Shown here: one piece after another, positions 41,693 to 51,803 of the stretch
Layout: the number at the start of each line of letters is the position of its first letter
Numbering within the stretch: the first letter of the stretch is position 1
From: an uncultured virus (IMG/VR IMGVR_UViG_3300025009_000076)
Lineage: Duplodnaviria > Heunggongvirae > Uroviricota > Caudoviricetes
Direction: 5' to 3' (one strand)
Length of the DNA stretch: 64,000 bases
Virus record (IMG/VR): IMGVR_UViG_3300025009_000076
Coordinates: 1 to 64,000 of that record
Position numbers and translations under genes: made by a program
The notes under the pieces: model-generated
What the model saw: only the letters and a program-made list of their open reading frames with translations
What the model was told of the DNA's origin: nothing
Database searches by the model: none

Positions 41693-42859
41693 ATGAAAGT
41701 ATACAAATGTTTTACATCAGATTTCCAAGACCTAGAAAAGAAAATTAAGCGCATCACTAAAAAACTCGACAAGAACTCCCTCAAATGGTCTTTCGAAGTC
41801 CTTGGAGAATCAGGCGAAGAAGTTAGAGTTATTGACTATGTTAACCGCGATAATATACCATCTTGGCAATTCAGCCCTAAAGATTGTGGAATGGTTGTAG
41901 TCGATGTTACCTTATACACTTTTGAAATGGAATCACTAAAATTAGGCGAATTTGAAGTTCTGGCAGTAATTGAACATAATGCGGTTGAAGGCTCAAACGA
42001 AAATATCATACACGTTATCAAGGAAAATGCTTCAATCCCTGTTGAATATCGAACAGTAAAAAGTCACTGTCAACATTGCAATTCTGACAGAAAGAGAAAC
42101 AAAACAGTCCTTCTGATTAATTCAGAAAATGAAATTATCCAAGTTGGCAGCACTTGCATAAAAGAGTATACAGGGATTGACGGACTAAGCATCATAGGTA
42201 ATTATCAAGACATACACGACATTTGTATTGAAGAACCTGCAATGGATTATGATAACCTCGGAAAACAATCTAAGTATTTAAAAACTCTTGATTATCTTAC
42301 AAATTGTCTAAACTTGATTAACTCAGAAGGGTACAAAAAGGAAGAAACTAAAAACGAAGCTTGGGATCTAACCAAAAAATCTGGCAAAAATGAAAAATAT
42401 GAAGTAATGGCCCAGGAAGTTATAACCTACTTCAAAAGCAAAGAGTTCAAAGAGTATGAAACATTCCAAAACAATATCAAAATATATCTTAGTAATGAGT
42501 ACACCAAAATAAACGGAATTGTGGCCTATGCTTATGTAACTTATCAAAAGGAAATTGAAAAGGATATCAAAAGAGCAAAGGAAAACGAAGGTAAAAAAGA
42601 TTCCAATTACGTTGGAGAAGTCAGTGAAAAAATTCAAACTGAATTAACCTATATGAATTCATATTCTTTTGATACCGAATGGGGAACCTCCTATATTCAT
42701 AAATTTTTAGATCAAAATGGAAATATTTTTGTATGGAAGTCCTCAAATTCAGTAAGAGCGGATCAAGGTGAAGTTGTTAAAATCAAAGGTACAATTAAAG
42801 ATCATTCCGAATACGCAGGAGCGAAGCAGACAATTTTAACTAGATGTAAAATAGCTTGA
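41693..42859 (+). CDS. Phage protein with CxHC motif and C-terminal OB-fold-like domain
   Basis: CQHC...R, QVGSTC; FVWKSS...KGTIKDHSEY.G.KQT.LTRCK; SD AAGGAGG. Confidence 0.75.
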   Translation: MKVYKCFTSDFQDLEKKIKRITKKLDKNSLKWSFEVLGESGEEVRVIDYVNRDNIPSWQFSPKDCGMVVVDVTLYTFEMESLKLGEFEVLAVIEHNAVEGSNENIIHVIKENASIPVEYRTVKSHCQHCNSDRKRNKTVLLINSENEIIQVGSTCIKEYTGIDGLSIIGNYQDIHDICIEEPAMDYDNLGKQSKYLKTLDYLTNCLNLINSEGYKKEETKNEAWDLTKKSGKNEKYEVMAQEVITYFKSKEFKEYETFQNNIKIYLSNEYTKINGIVAYAYVTYQKEIEKDIKRAKENEGKKDSNYVGEVSEKIQTELTYMNSYSFDTEWGTSYIHKFLDQNGNIFVWKSSNSVRADQGEVVKIKGTIKDHSEYAGAKQTILTRCKIA

Positions 42860-43164
42860 AGGGATACTAAAGACTAGGCAAAAACCTAGTCTTTTTCTTT
42901 TATCTAAATATAAAATATAATAAAATTACTCCTTCCGGCTCCCACTAATCCAAACACCTCGCACAGAATGCCACCTATAAGCCCTCAGAATCTATACCCC
43001 TATATAATTGCACTTTAACACGTTTTAAACTTGTTAAAATCAAAATGCAGGTATAAGGTCTATAAATTATAAAATAATTTTTCTGTATAACTTCTATTTT
43101 CCTTTATTCTATGATATACTTAATAAAATTAAATATATTGGAATTTGAAAGGAGAAAACTACAT

Positions 43165-43617
43165 ATGAAAAACTTAAAATCTGGAATGATTGTCAAGCAC
43201 AATAACGAATTATGCAAACTGTCCAGGGGTGCCGAAAAGAAATTATACTTCGTTCCTGCTAAATATTATGTGCAATCATGGGAGGATTTAGAGGTAGCCT
43301 CTGAGGAAAATACTCAAGATACTACCCACGATGAAAAAGTAGAATTCCTCAAAAATGATTTTACATGGGGCGAAGTAGTTAAGACTTATACTATTGGAGA
43401 ATATGTTGTCTTTGAATATATAGATGGTTACGATCTAGAGCATGAAAAAGTAAAAAACATCAGATTCCACGCTCTAATCAATTATCAAACTGTTAGTATC
43501 TCATATCATTCTTTAGATTCCTGCTTAGTTGGCACAATCGCATATAAATTTGATGGAGCGAACTCTCAAGCAGCAGGTTACTTTGAAAAAATGATTGGAA
43601 TGAAAGGAGCAAAATAA
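43165..43617 (+). CDS. Hypothetical protein
   Basis: SD GAAAGGAG. Confidence 0.7.
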   Translation: MKNLKSGMIVKHNNELCKLSRGAEKKLYFVPAKYYVQSWEDLEVASEENTQDTTHDEKVEFLKNDFTWGEVVKTYTIGEYVVFEYIDGYDLEHEKVKNIRFHALINYQTVSISYHSLDSCLVGTIAYKFDGANSQAAGYFEKMIGMKGAK

Positions 43618-43746
43618 ATGAATTACAACAAAACTCAAAAACGAGTCCTGCGCTACAGATTAGCACAAAAAATGGACGTTTGTTGTTGGCCTACAAATCA
43701 ATGGGGAATATCTAGTATTCCATTTCTTAAAAAAGTAATTAAATAA
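43618..43746 (+). CDS. 42 aa peptide (not in track)
   Basis: SD GAAAGGAG, coupled to upstream stop. Confidence 0.5.
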   Translation: MNYNKTQKRVLRYRLAQKMDVCCWPTNQWGISSIPFLKKVIK

Positions 43747-43906
43747 AACAAAATTAAGAGCTAACAATTAGCTCTTTTTCTTTTCTCTCCAATCCATTAA
43801 AAATCCATTTTTATAGCATAAATAGAGATATAAAAACCTTGACTTTAAGTCATAAATCGTTATACTTATATTATAAATTGTTTCAAATTTGAAGGGAGTT
43901 TTTCAA

Positions 43907-44059
43907 ATGAAATACGAAGTAACTAAAAAATTCATCGGCGGGATCTTAAAGGGATTAAATCACACTAGCATTACCTCAGTAAAATTCGAAGTTGGATTCA
44001 CCTGTAGGGATTCAATCGGAGGCAGTCCTTATAAAATAATTTCCTGTAATCCAGTGTAA
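43907..44059 (+). CDS. 50 aa protein (not in track)
   Basis: Promoter at 43839, SD GAAGGGAG, hairpin after. Confidence 0.65.
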   Translation: MKYEVTKKFIGGILKGLNHTSITSVKFEVGFTCRDSIGGSPYKIISCNPV

Positions 44060-44113
44060 ACTAAAAAGGAAGGGTAAAACCTTCCTTTAATAATTTGAAG
44101 GAGTGATAAACAA

Positions 44114-44461
44114 ATGTTTAAACCAGTAACAACCAAACAAACTAATAAAATGTCTCAAAACTATAAAAAATTCATTTCTACACTATTCGGAGTTGAGGCA
44201 ATCGGAGCCACAAAGCAAGAAGCTGAACAAAATTTATATGATCTCATTAACTGGAATACAAAGCAATTCAGAAAATACTTTCAGCATGAAAATATAATTG
44301 CTATATTATCAAATAGTCCTTACGATCTTAATCAATATCATTATTCTTATATTCGAGAAGGAAGGGAGTCGGGAACAACCATATTCGATGCAATAAGCGA
44401 CAAGGAAGCAATAAATAAAGCTCAGAGATATTTTGATGAATACATAGGATGTTCAAATTAA
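44114..44461 (+). CDS. Hypothetical protein
   Basis: SD GAAGGAG. Confidence 0.7.
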   Translation: MFKPVTTKQTNKMSQNYKKFISTLFGVEAIGATKQEAEQNLYDLINWNTKQFRKYFQHENIIAILSNSPYDLNQYHYSYIREGRESGTTIFDAISDKEAINKAQRYFDEYIGCSN

Positions 44462-44632
44462 GACTCTTAGGAGTCTTTTTCTTTGTCTTGCTATAAAGTT
44501 TTACCTTAAACATATTCTAGTGCCTAAAAAGTGCCATTATGGGCCTTAAAATTAAATATAATTACTATTTGACGTTTATATTTGTTCTATGGTATTATAT
44601 CAATAAGAAATAAATTCAGGAGGTTATTACTT

Positions 44633-45124
44633 ATGAAAAAATATGATTTCGTAAAAATTCCAAACATCGGCGTAGGTAAAATTGAAAACATTTGGGACAA
44701 CAAAGACGTTGAAGTTATTATTTGTGGTACTAAATACTATAGGGATTTAACCGAGGATAGGCCAGACATAGGAAACGTTGAACCTGCCACGGAAAAAGAA
44801 TACATAGAATTTATTAAATTCATGGTTAAAGAACTAACCGCAAAGTCTAAAAATAAAAGGAGCGAAGCAACAGAATATAATAAGGAAGTTGATGGAGAAG
44901 CCACAAAGCGAAAAGGAAAAGTAAGTGTAATAAATGGTCAGTATGCTTTTGGATTATGTGAGAATTCAATATCTAGTCATCATAGAGAATTATTGTCTGA
45001 TGCTAAGAAAGCAAAGGAGTTAAAAGAAAAACTTAAAAAAGAAATTGCATGGTATAAACATAGGGATAAATTAATAAAAGAGGCTGAAAAGGAAAGAAAG
45101 AATAGAGAAAAGAACGCAGGGTAA
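44633..45124 (+). CDS. Hypothetical protein
   Basis: SD AGGAGG, terminator 45132-45161. Confidence 0.7.
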   Translation: MKKYDFVKIPNIGVGKIENIWDNKDVEVIICGTKYYRDLTEDRPDIGNVEPATEKEYIEFIKFMVKELTAKSKNKRSEATEYNKEVDGEATKRKGKVSVINGQYAFGLCENSISSHHRELLSDAKKAKELKEKLKKEIAWYKHRDKLIKEAEKERKNREKNAG

Positions 45125-45645
45125 ACCATCTAAAGACTAGAAATAAAATTCTAGTCTTTTTTATGTTCATTCAGCCCGATCAACTCATTTCCCCATTTAA
45201 ATCCTTGACAAACCAAAAACACACCCACAAAAACGGCCTTTCCTGCCCTCAGATTGTATTACCCTTTATAATCTTACCTAGTATACCTTTTAAACGTCTC
45301 AGAATCAAAATACATCAATTATCCCTGCTAATCTAGGCTATTTTATCCAAGATCCCATTCAAATCTAAAAATAATATTAATTATATAGTAATACTGAGCA
45401 AACAATAGTAATCAATAGATAATGTCATATAATCCACTGTAAATAGGCTAAAACATGGTTATTTGAGAGTATACAATATTATTTTAAGTATGTTATACTT
45501 AAGAGTACCATAAATACAAAAATAAATTGAAAGGAGATAGAGAGATTTTAATTAATATTTTTGGTTATACATAAGTAGGTTTTTATTGATAATGGGATAA
45601 TGGGTTGATAAATAAAATTATAAAAAGAAAGAGGATGAATAATTA

Positions 45646-46701
45646 ATGCCAAAATTAGTATCTTATGAAGAAAATCACAGAATTAATGAAAATGAAGAAT
45701 TGGAAAAGTTATGCAGTAAACATTATATCTATTTCCCTGAAGAAAGTTCTTGGTTTCCTTGTAATGATAAATATTTTAATAAAAATCCAACAAATACTAA
45801 AGACGGCTTAAATGGACTATGTAAAAAATGTTTAGGTAAAAATAGTAAAAAATACAATAAACCTAAAAAACCTAAAAACATAATACCAGAAAGATTACAA
45901 CAAACTTATGAAAATATGAGACAAAGATGCTACAATCCTAATGCAAAAAGTTATAAATATTATGGGGATAAAGGAGTTATTATTTGTGATGAATGGTTAA
46001 AAGATAGAAAAACTTTTTATAATTGGGCTTTGTCTAATGGTTATGAAGAAAATCTAACTATTGATAGAAAAGATACTAACGGAAATTACGAACCAAATAA
46101 TTGTAGATGGATAACTCATAAAGAGCAACAAAACAATAAAACAAATAACGTATTTATTGAACACGAAGGGGAAGTAAAAACAGTATCACAATGGAGTGAA
46201 GAAACTGGAATTAGTGGTAACTCTATAAAAGGAAGATATGAGAAAGGGAAAAATATTATGGAAGATTATTTCCACATAAAAATAAGTATAAACGGAGAGA
46301 TAAAAACACTAATAGAATTATCGGAAGAATATGAAATACCATATTCAGCAATGTTAGATAGATACCACAAAGGCTGTAGTTCAGAAGATTTAATTAGGGA
46401 TCTTGAACCAAGAGAGACTAAACATATAGAAATTAACGGAGAAATACATACGATTACGGAATGGGCCGAAATTTCAGGTCTAACAAGAGAAATAATTATA
46501 AATAGAATAGCTTATGGATGGAATATAAATGATTTATTAAAACCTAGAACAAGAGAGGGTAGAAAGAAGTATATAGAAATAAATGGGACTAGTCACACAG
46601 TTCCAGAATGGTGTGATATTATTGGAATAAGTCCTGTTGGAATGTATAATAGAATTAAGAAAGGACTAAAAGGAAATGATTTATTAGCACCAGCAAAGTA
46701 A
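45646..46701 (+). CDS. HNH homing endonuclease with repeated C-terminal DNA-binding modules
   Basis: M.QRCYNPN..Y..YG.KG..ICDEW, LTIDRKD.NGNYEP.NCRW; 4x I.(I/H).G..KT..EW-type repeats. Confidence 0.85.
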   Translation: MPKLVSYEENHRINENEELEKLCSKHYIYFPEESSWFPCNDKYFNKNPTNTKDGLNGLCKKCLGKNSKKYNKPKKPKNIIPERLQQTYENMRQRCYNPNAKSYKYYGDKGVIICDEWLKDRKTFYNWALSNGYEENLTIDRKDTNGNYEPNNCRWITHKEQQNNKTNNVFIEHEGEVKTVSQWSEETGISGNSIKGRYEKGKNIMEDYFHIKISINGEIKTLIELSEEYEIPYSAMLDRYHKGCSSEDLIRDLEPRETKHIEINGEIHTITEWAEISGLTREIIINRIAYGWNINDLLKPRTREGRKKYIEINGTSHTVPEWCDIIGISPVGMYNRIKKGLKGNDLLAPAK

Positions 46702-46708
46702 TTAAATA

Positions 46709-46750
46709 AAAGACAAAAAGACTAAGTATAAATATCTAGTCTTTTTGTCT
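46709..46750 (+). terminator. Intrinsic terminator
   Basis: AAGACAAAAAGACTA...TAGTCTTTTTGTCTT hairpin. Confidence 0.7.
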
Positions 46751-46827
46751 TCAGAAGCTTTAAATTGTTTATAAAATATCTACAATAAAATAGGACTCCA
46801 TAAACAAGTAATATATAAAAGTTTTCC

Positions 46828-46856
46828 TTGACTTATTTAGTTCATTACTATAAAAT
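46828..46856 (+). promoter_or_regulatory. sigmaA promoter of the long early transcription unit
   Basis: TTGACT-17-TAAAAT. Confidence 0.75.
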
Positions 46857-46860
46857 AGGG

Positions 46861-47390
46861 AACATAAGAGGGAGCAAACAAAAACCTCTTAGCACTTAGA
46901 AAAGTCAACTATTCACTTGAATCGAAAAATAAATGTACATAAGGAGGGCCAACAATCACAAAGTATCTTGTGGCGTGACTAGGAAAACAACCTAGCATGA
47001 ATTCTTTAAAAAGAGTTGAGATGATCTTTGAAAACTGAATTAAGAGACTAGCCAGCCAACACTTGTCAAATAACATACATTAGAGTATTCTATCTTAGAA
47101 TATCCTCTGAGGGTTATAATCAAGAACGTGGTAAAAAATTCGAGTGCGATATGGGCTAGTATAAATTTCTTTTATCTTATCTAATTCTCTATCCTTTCTA
47201 AATTCTAGCATATGGGATATTCCCTCTATATCAAAATTTTCTTAACAGCGTCCCTTAGTCGAATGATGATCTAAGACAGCCAAAAGAAAATAAAGATACA
47301 CGGAATACAAAATATGTTAGATTTTATAAAGGATAGAGGAAAGGATAAAAACATTCTAGGGATATGCTCCTGTTAGTGCCTACTCAAAAG
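46861..47390 (+). ncRNA. Long structured leader RNA with boxA-like motifs
   Basis: GATCTTTGAAAACTGAAT at 47023-47040; several hairpins and long stems; no ORF. Confidence 0.6.
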
Positions 47391-47404
47391 GAGTATGATA
47401 ATTT

Positions 47405-47680
47405 ATGATAGCTTTAATTTCTTCTGATTATATCGTTAAAAATCACTTCGAGGAAATTGTGGATAATTTTCCTCAATTAAAGGTATTCAATACTAACGAT
47501 GAAATAATCAGAAACGAAGAAAATTATAACCAATTCGATCAAATTTGTTTTTGTAATTTCGAAATAACAGCCTACACTTCTATGAAAATTTCGAAATATG
47601 CTCCAGAAAAGAAAATACAATTTTCTGATTTATACAGTTTGAAAAATTATCTTTGCAAATTAAAAAACATTCTTAACTAA
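47405..47680 (+). CDS. Hypothetical protein enclosed by a long-range stem
   Basis: SD AAGGAG; flanks 47357-47382 and 47691-47716 are complementary. Confidence 0.65.
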   Translation: MIALISSDYIVKNHFEEIVDNFPQLKVFNTNDEIIRNEENYNQFDQICFCNFEITAYTSMKISKYAPEKKIQFSDLYSLKNYLCKLKNILN

Positions 47681-47964
47681 AAATTAAAATGTAGGCATTA
47701 ACAAAAGCATATCCCTTAAGCAAAAAAAGAGAGAATTAACCTAAAACATTCTACTAAATCCCTTCAGTTTATTCATTATTACTATTTAATCATAACAATT
47801 GCTTTAAACTTGCATAACAAAATTAAAATGCAGGTTGTTGTAATTTAATGCTAAATTGTCTATGCTATAGGCTGAAGGGATTGAATTTTCCATAAGGTGT
47901 GAGCTTATAACAATTGGAGTTTAGACCTTGTGCAAAAATTTAAGAATGAAAGAGGTTGTGTAAA

Positions 47965-48153
47965 ATGGCAAAGGTAAGAGAATTAAAACTTTACACTTTA
48001 GAAACTACTAATTATCTCGCAGTGGTAGAAGCTCATACAAAAGCTGAAGCCATCGAAAAAAGTGATTTCACAAAAAGTCAAGTAATTGTCAGGGAGGCCA
48101 CGGAAGAAGATATAAACTATTTAAAAGCAATGGGAGGGTATATAGTTAGGTAA
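47965..48153 (+). CDS. Small hypothetical protein
   Basis: SD GAGG. Confidence 0.65.
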   Translation: MAKVRELKLYTLETTNYLAVVEAHTKAEAIEKSDFTKSQVIVREATEEDINYLKAMGGYIVR

Positions 48154-48297
48154 AATCATAATCCATTAAAAAAGACAATTTATGGGAAATGAAGTGCTTT
48201 ATAATACTGGATTATAGAGCACTTTGAATTTTATTAAACTATGTACTAAGCAAAAATAATTAGTTTGTATTTTAGTAAAATAAAAGGAGTGGTCAGA

Positions 48298-48552
48298 ATG
48301 ACAAAAGATACCATTCAGGCACTAAATGAAAACAAACGATTCACTATAACCATGATGAATAAAAATGGTTATACAGTCATGAGAAAATTTTCTACCATTC
48401 AATCCTGCAAGACCTTTGCAAAACATTTTCCTTTGTCTGTATTCTTCGCTTGGATTTATGACAAGTCAAAGGACGCTATAATAATGCAAAATAATTATAG
48501 CGACAAGTTATATAAATGTAACGAAGAATCATTTATTCCTTATTGGTGTTAG
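48298..48552 (+). CDS. Small hypothetical protein
   Basis: SD AAGGAG. Confidence 0.65.
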   Translation: MTKDTIQALNENKRFTITMMNKNGYTVMRKFSTIQSCKTFAKHFPLSVFFAWIYDKSKDAIIMQNNYSDKLYKCNEESFIPYWC

Positions 48553-48646
48553 CCCCTTAAAGTTTGTTTGCCTCTAGCAACAAAATCAAAATAACAGCAT
48601 AAAAATTTTGTTGCTAGTGTCGAGTAAATTAGAAGGAGTGGTTAAA

Positions 48647-49870
48647 ATGGCAAGAAGAAAACCAACCACAATGTCATGGAATATCAAGCAAATTAACACT
48701 ATGATCAATAAGGGAACAATCCTCTTTACTCATCCTTTACAACGTCCTACGGGCCAATGGGAGCAAGCAGACAAATCCTTATTAGTTGATTCTCTTTTAA
48801 CCCTCTATTGTCCAGATTGTTTCGCCATCAAGGAAAAGACAGAGAATGGAAATACATACAGCATCATTGATGGTCTTCAAAGGTTATCGACTATTCATGA
48901 ACTTCTAGCAGACAAATTAACTATGACAGAATTAGAAGACTTTTGCCTAGACGCTACCGGAAATGAAGTCTATAACATTTCAGGCAAAACATGGTCACAA
49001 TTTCCCGAAGAAGTTCAAAACGAAATAATGGGTTATACTTTAGGTCTTAAAGTTTTTGAAATCGAAGAGGGAGACGACGAAGAGTCAATCATTGAAGAAA
49101 TCTTTTACCGCCTTAATAACGGTAAAGGAATGTCACTAGAGCATAAAGCACTAGTAAAAGCTAGTCATAAGGTGCAAAAGTTTGTTCACAGAATTGCGAC
49201 AGAACACAAATTATTCACCAACAGTGCAAAGTATTCTGAAAAAGCGGTTAAAAAATCAGATATTCCAATGACCATTATGCAAGCAATTCTTCTTATCTCA
49301 AGGTTAGATTATCCTAGCCTAGCAGCAAAGGACATTGAACTGGTATTCTCAAAGAATGAAATAACAGATCAAGTCCTAGCACTTGTGGAAAAATCCTTTG
49401 ACTTAATTGCTACAGCATTTCCAGAACAGCATAAATTTGTTACAAAAATCAACATTGTTTCAATGGCCTATTTGTTTGCTAATAGTCTTAATCATGATCA
49501 AACAATTGTTAATCTTTTGAGATATGTTAATCAAGAGATTAAACCAGGGGACGCTTATAAAGGATATACTGGCTCTGGTAATGTTAAAAAAGAAAAAACC
49601 ATTAATAGACTTAAAGGTATTCTTAAATTATGCGGTGTTAATGACATTGGATTACCGATAGTGGAAGAAGTCGAAGTTGAGCAAAAATTAGAACAAGAAA
49701 TAATTGTTGAAGAACAACCGCAACAAACTGAAAACCTTGATTCTGCTATAACAGTGACCCCAGAAGAGTTCAGCGAAAATCAAGAAGAGCAACCGGAAGA
49801 AAATGAAACATCAGACCAAAACCAAGAAGATGCTCAAGCAATTCTAAACATCATTGACAATGTTGCTTAA
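48647..49870 (+). CDS. DUF262 (ParB/GmrSD N-terminal-like) domain protein with acidic tail
   Basis: LQR...W...KSLLVDSLL, IIDGLQRL, IFYRLNNG. Confidence 0.8.
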   Translation: MARRKPTTMSWNIKQINTMINKGTILFTHPLQRPTGQWEQADKSLLVDSLLTLYCPDCFAIKEKTENGNTYSIIDGLQRLSTIHELLADKLTMTELEDFCLDATGNEVYNISGKTWSQFPEEVQNEIMGYTLGLKVFEIEEGDDEESIIEEIFYRLNNGKGMSLEHKALVKASHKVQKFVHRIATEHKLFTNSAKYSEKAVKKSDIPMTIMQAILLISRLDYPSLAAKDIELVFSKNEITDQVLALVEKSFDLIATAFPEQHKFVTKINIVSMAYLFANSLNHDQTIVNLLRYVNQEIKPGDAYKGYTGSGNVKKEKTINRLKGILKLCGVNDIGLPIVEEVEVEQKLEQEIIVEEQPQQTENLDSAITVTPEEFSENQEEQPEENETSDQNQEDAQAILNIIDNVA

Positions 49871-49969
49871 TCATTAAATAATTGTATCTGGAAGCTAGAC
49901 AATAACAATGTTAACTTGCTATTGTCTAGCATTCGAGGTAAAGTTATTATATTCAAAGGAGGTCAAACA

Positions 49970-50278
49970 ATGCAATTCTTAACCCACTACGAGCGTTATA
50001 ACGTGTCAAAATGGGAGCAACGTCAAATCATGCCACAATCTAATTTTATAGCCTTAAACAATTCATTTATGAACCACAATTCTTCTCTAATCGGTTTCCA
50101 AATTGAACATGAAGAAAAACGAGTACATTATTCAGTTAGTAATATGTTTCTCGAAAGGTTGCAAGCTCAATTCCCTGATAACTGGCTTGATATTCTAAAT
50201 GACGGTATGGTTTATGAGTTCAAACAGTGGGAGCGTGGTATTTATTCTAATATGTATCAAGAGGGATTTTTTAGTTAG
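49970..50278 (+). CDS. Hypothetical protein
   Basis: SD AAGGAGG. Confidence 0.7.
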   Translation: MQFLTHYERYNVSKWEQRQIMPQSNFIALNNSFMNHNSSLIGFQIEHEEKRVHYSVSNMFLERLQAQFPDNWLDILNDGMVYEFKQWERGIYSNMYQEGFFS

Positions 50279-50451
50279 TAAAATACATTACCTAAACTAA
50301 AAAATAATTATTTAGAGAATTAGCCTTAATTCTCTTCTAAGTTCATGAAAAAAGTGATATAATATATATCATAAGGCTATGAAATTAGAAGGCAATTGTG
50401 GAAAATATCTATAACAGTTGGCCTAGAATAAATCAAAGGAGCGTGTATATT

Positions 50452-50847
50452 ATGCAAAAAGTAACTGAAGCAGAATTCCAAAACCTTTTAAACCAAAATA
50501 ACTATTCTTTAAAAGGTCTTGAAAATTATGAAATTGTTCCAGACTTCACACCTGTCGGAAACAAAATTATTGATTCATGTTTACATTCAAGGGTTAAAGA
50601 TTGTGGAAGTACATTATACTTTGGAGGCTATACTAATTCAGGTTGTTACTCATTCCAAATTATGGTCAATAAATCCTATAACACGACTGCACTATTCGTT
50701 GACGGATACAGGGCAGTATTGACTGACAATGATTCCCATAACATTTACACTTATTGCGAAGGTGATATTTCTGTTGAATCGTTCGGAAGTATCGAAGAAT
50801 ATCAAGTAGGAATTGCTGAAGCACTAGAATTTTATGAGGTTAATTAA
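50452..50847 (+). CDS. Hypothetical protein
   Basis: SD AAGGAG; YTYCEGD motif. Confidence 0.7.
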   Translation: MQKVTEAEFQNLLNQNNYSLKGLENYEIVPDFTPVGNKIIDSCLHSRVKDCGSTLYFGGYTNSGCYSFQIMVNKSYNTTALFVDGYRAVLTDNDSHNIYTYCEGDISVESFGSIEEYQVGIAEALEFYEVN

Positions 50848-50867
50848 TAAAGGAGAGTGGACGCTAA

Positions 50868-51116
50868 ATGATCACAATTATTAAATTAACCCATACCCTA
50901 GATGAAATCAAACCTAAATTTGATAACTGGAATGAACTTTCCAAAACTCAAAGAGATTTTCTTGAATCCTATAACGAATTCAGAATAACAAATTATGGTC
51001 AAGAAATGCTAGTATATGAAGGAAGACAAATTATTGCTAGTTGTTCAACATCAATAACTTATCATGATAAAATAGTTATTGACAGCATATGGACAAAAGA
51101 AGGTAAAATATTATAA
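50868..51116 (+). CDS. Hypothetical protein
   Basis: SD AAGGAG. Confidence 0.65.
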   Translation: MITIIKLTHTLDEIKPKFDNWNELSKTQRDFLESYNEFRITNYGQEMLVYEGRQIIASCSTSITYHDKIVIDSIWTKEGKIL

Positions 51117-51209
51117 CCATTCTTTATCTCGACAGTGGGCAGGTAACATTATAACAATAACAAATGTTATTTGCCTAGTTTCGAAATTAAGAAAAGGAAG
51201 TGTATTTTA

Positions 51210-51452
51210 ATGAAAAATTTTGTAATTAATAACGTGAATATGATTAAAGAAGATTTTTCGCAAATGATTAACTATGTAGGGTCAAGAGCTATAGCATTGT
51301 CCGAAGTAGAAGAAGGTATTGCAATTAATACTTCTAGCCCTTCAAACGAAAAAGATGTTCATAGTAGTATTGTGTTTTTCTTTGAAAAATGGAATAATGC
51401 TTATAAATTAGATTATGAAAGGAAAGACATATTGATTACTTGGAGGGAATAA
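51210..51452 (+). CDS. Hypothetical protein
   Basis: SD AAAGGA. Confidence 0.65.
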   Translation: MKNFVINNVNMIKEDFSQMINYVGSRAIALSEVEEGIAINTSSPSNEKDVHSSIVFFFEKWNNAYKLDYERKDILITWRE

Positions 51453-51500
51453 CCCGACCAAACACGAATTTTAAGCTAAATATGAAAGGAAGTTTTTGGA

Positions 51501-51695
51501 ATGTATGAAATTAATGTATCTTTAAACGGTTATCATTTATTTGCTACTCATGAAAGGTCTCTAACCAATGAAAATATGTTTAAACATGCGTTAGAAATTT
51601 TCAAAGAAAAATTTCCAGAATCAGAAGGTTATCAAATATCAGCTTCCTTATTGCAACCTAGAACTAGTAAAATATTAGATATTAATAAATTTTAA
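51501..51695 (+). CDS. Small phage protein
   Basis: YEINVSLNG.HLFAT.ERS...KFPESEGY. Confidence 0.7.
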   Translation: MYEINVSLNGYHLFATHERSLTNENMFKHALEIFKEKFPESEGYQISASLLQPRTSKILDINKF

Positions 51696-51803
51696 CATGA
51701 AATCTAATTTTGATTGTATGGAAATAGGGCGAAGTGATATAACAATAACAGGACTTCGCCTTGATTCGAGACTATTAAAATTAGAAGGAGAGTGTTTTAG
51801 ATT

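Noticed and set aside
48192..48224. Intergenic hairpin as a member of the AUAACA family
   Set aside because: Good stem, but the loop is ACTGG and there is no ATAACA, so it was not counted.
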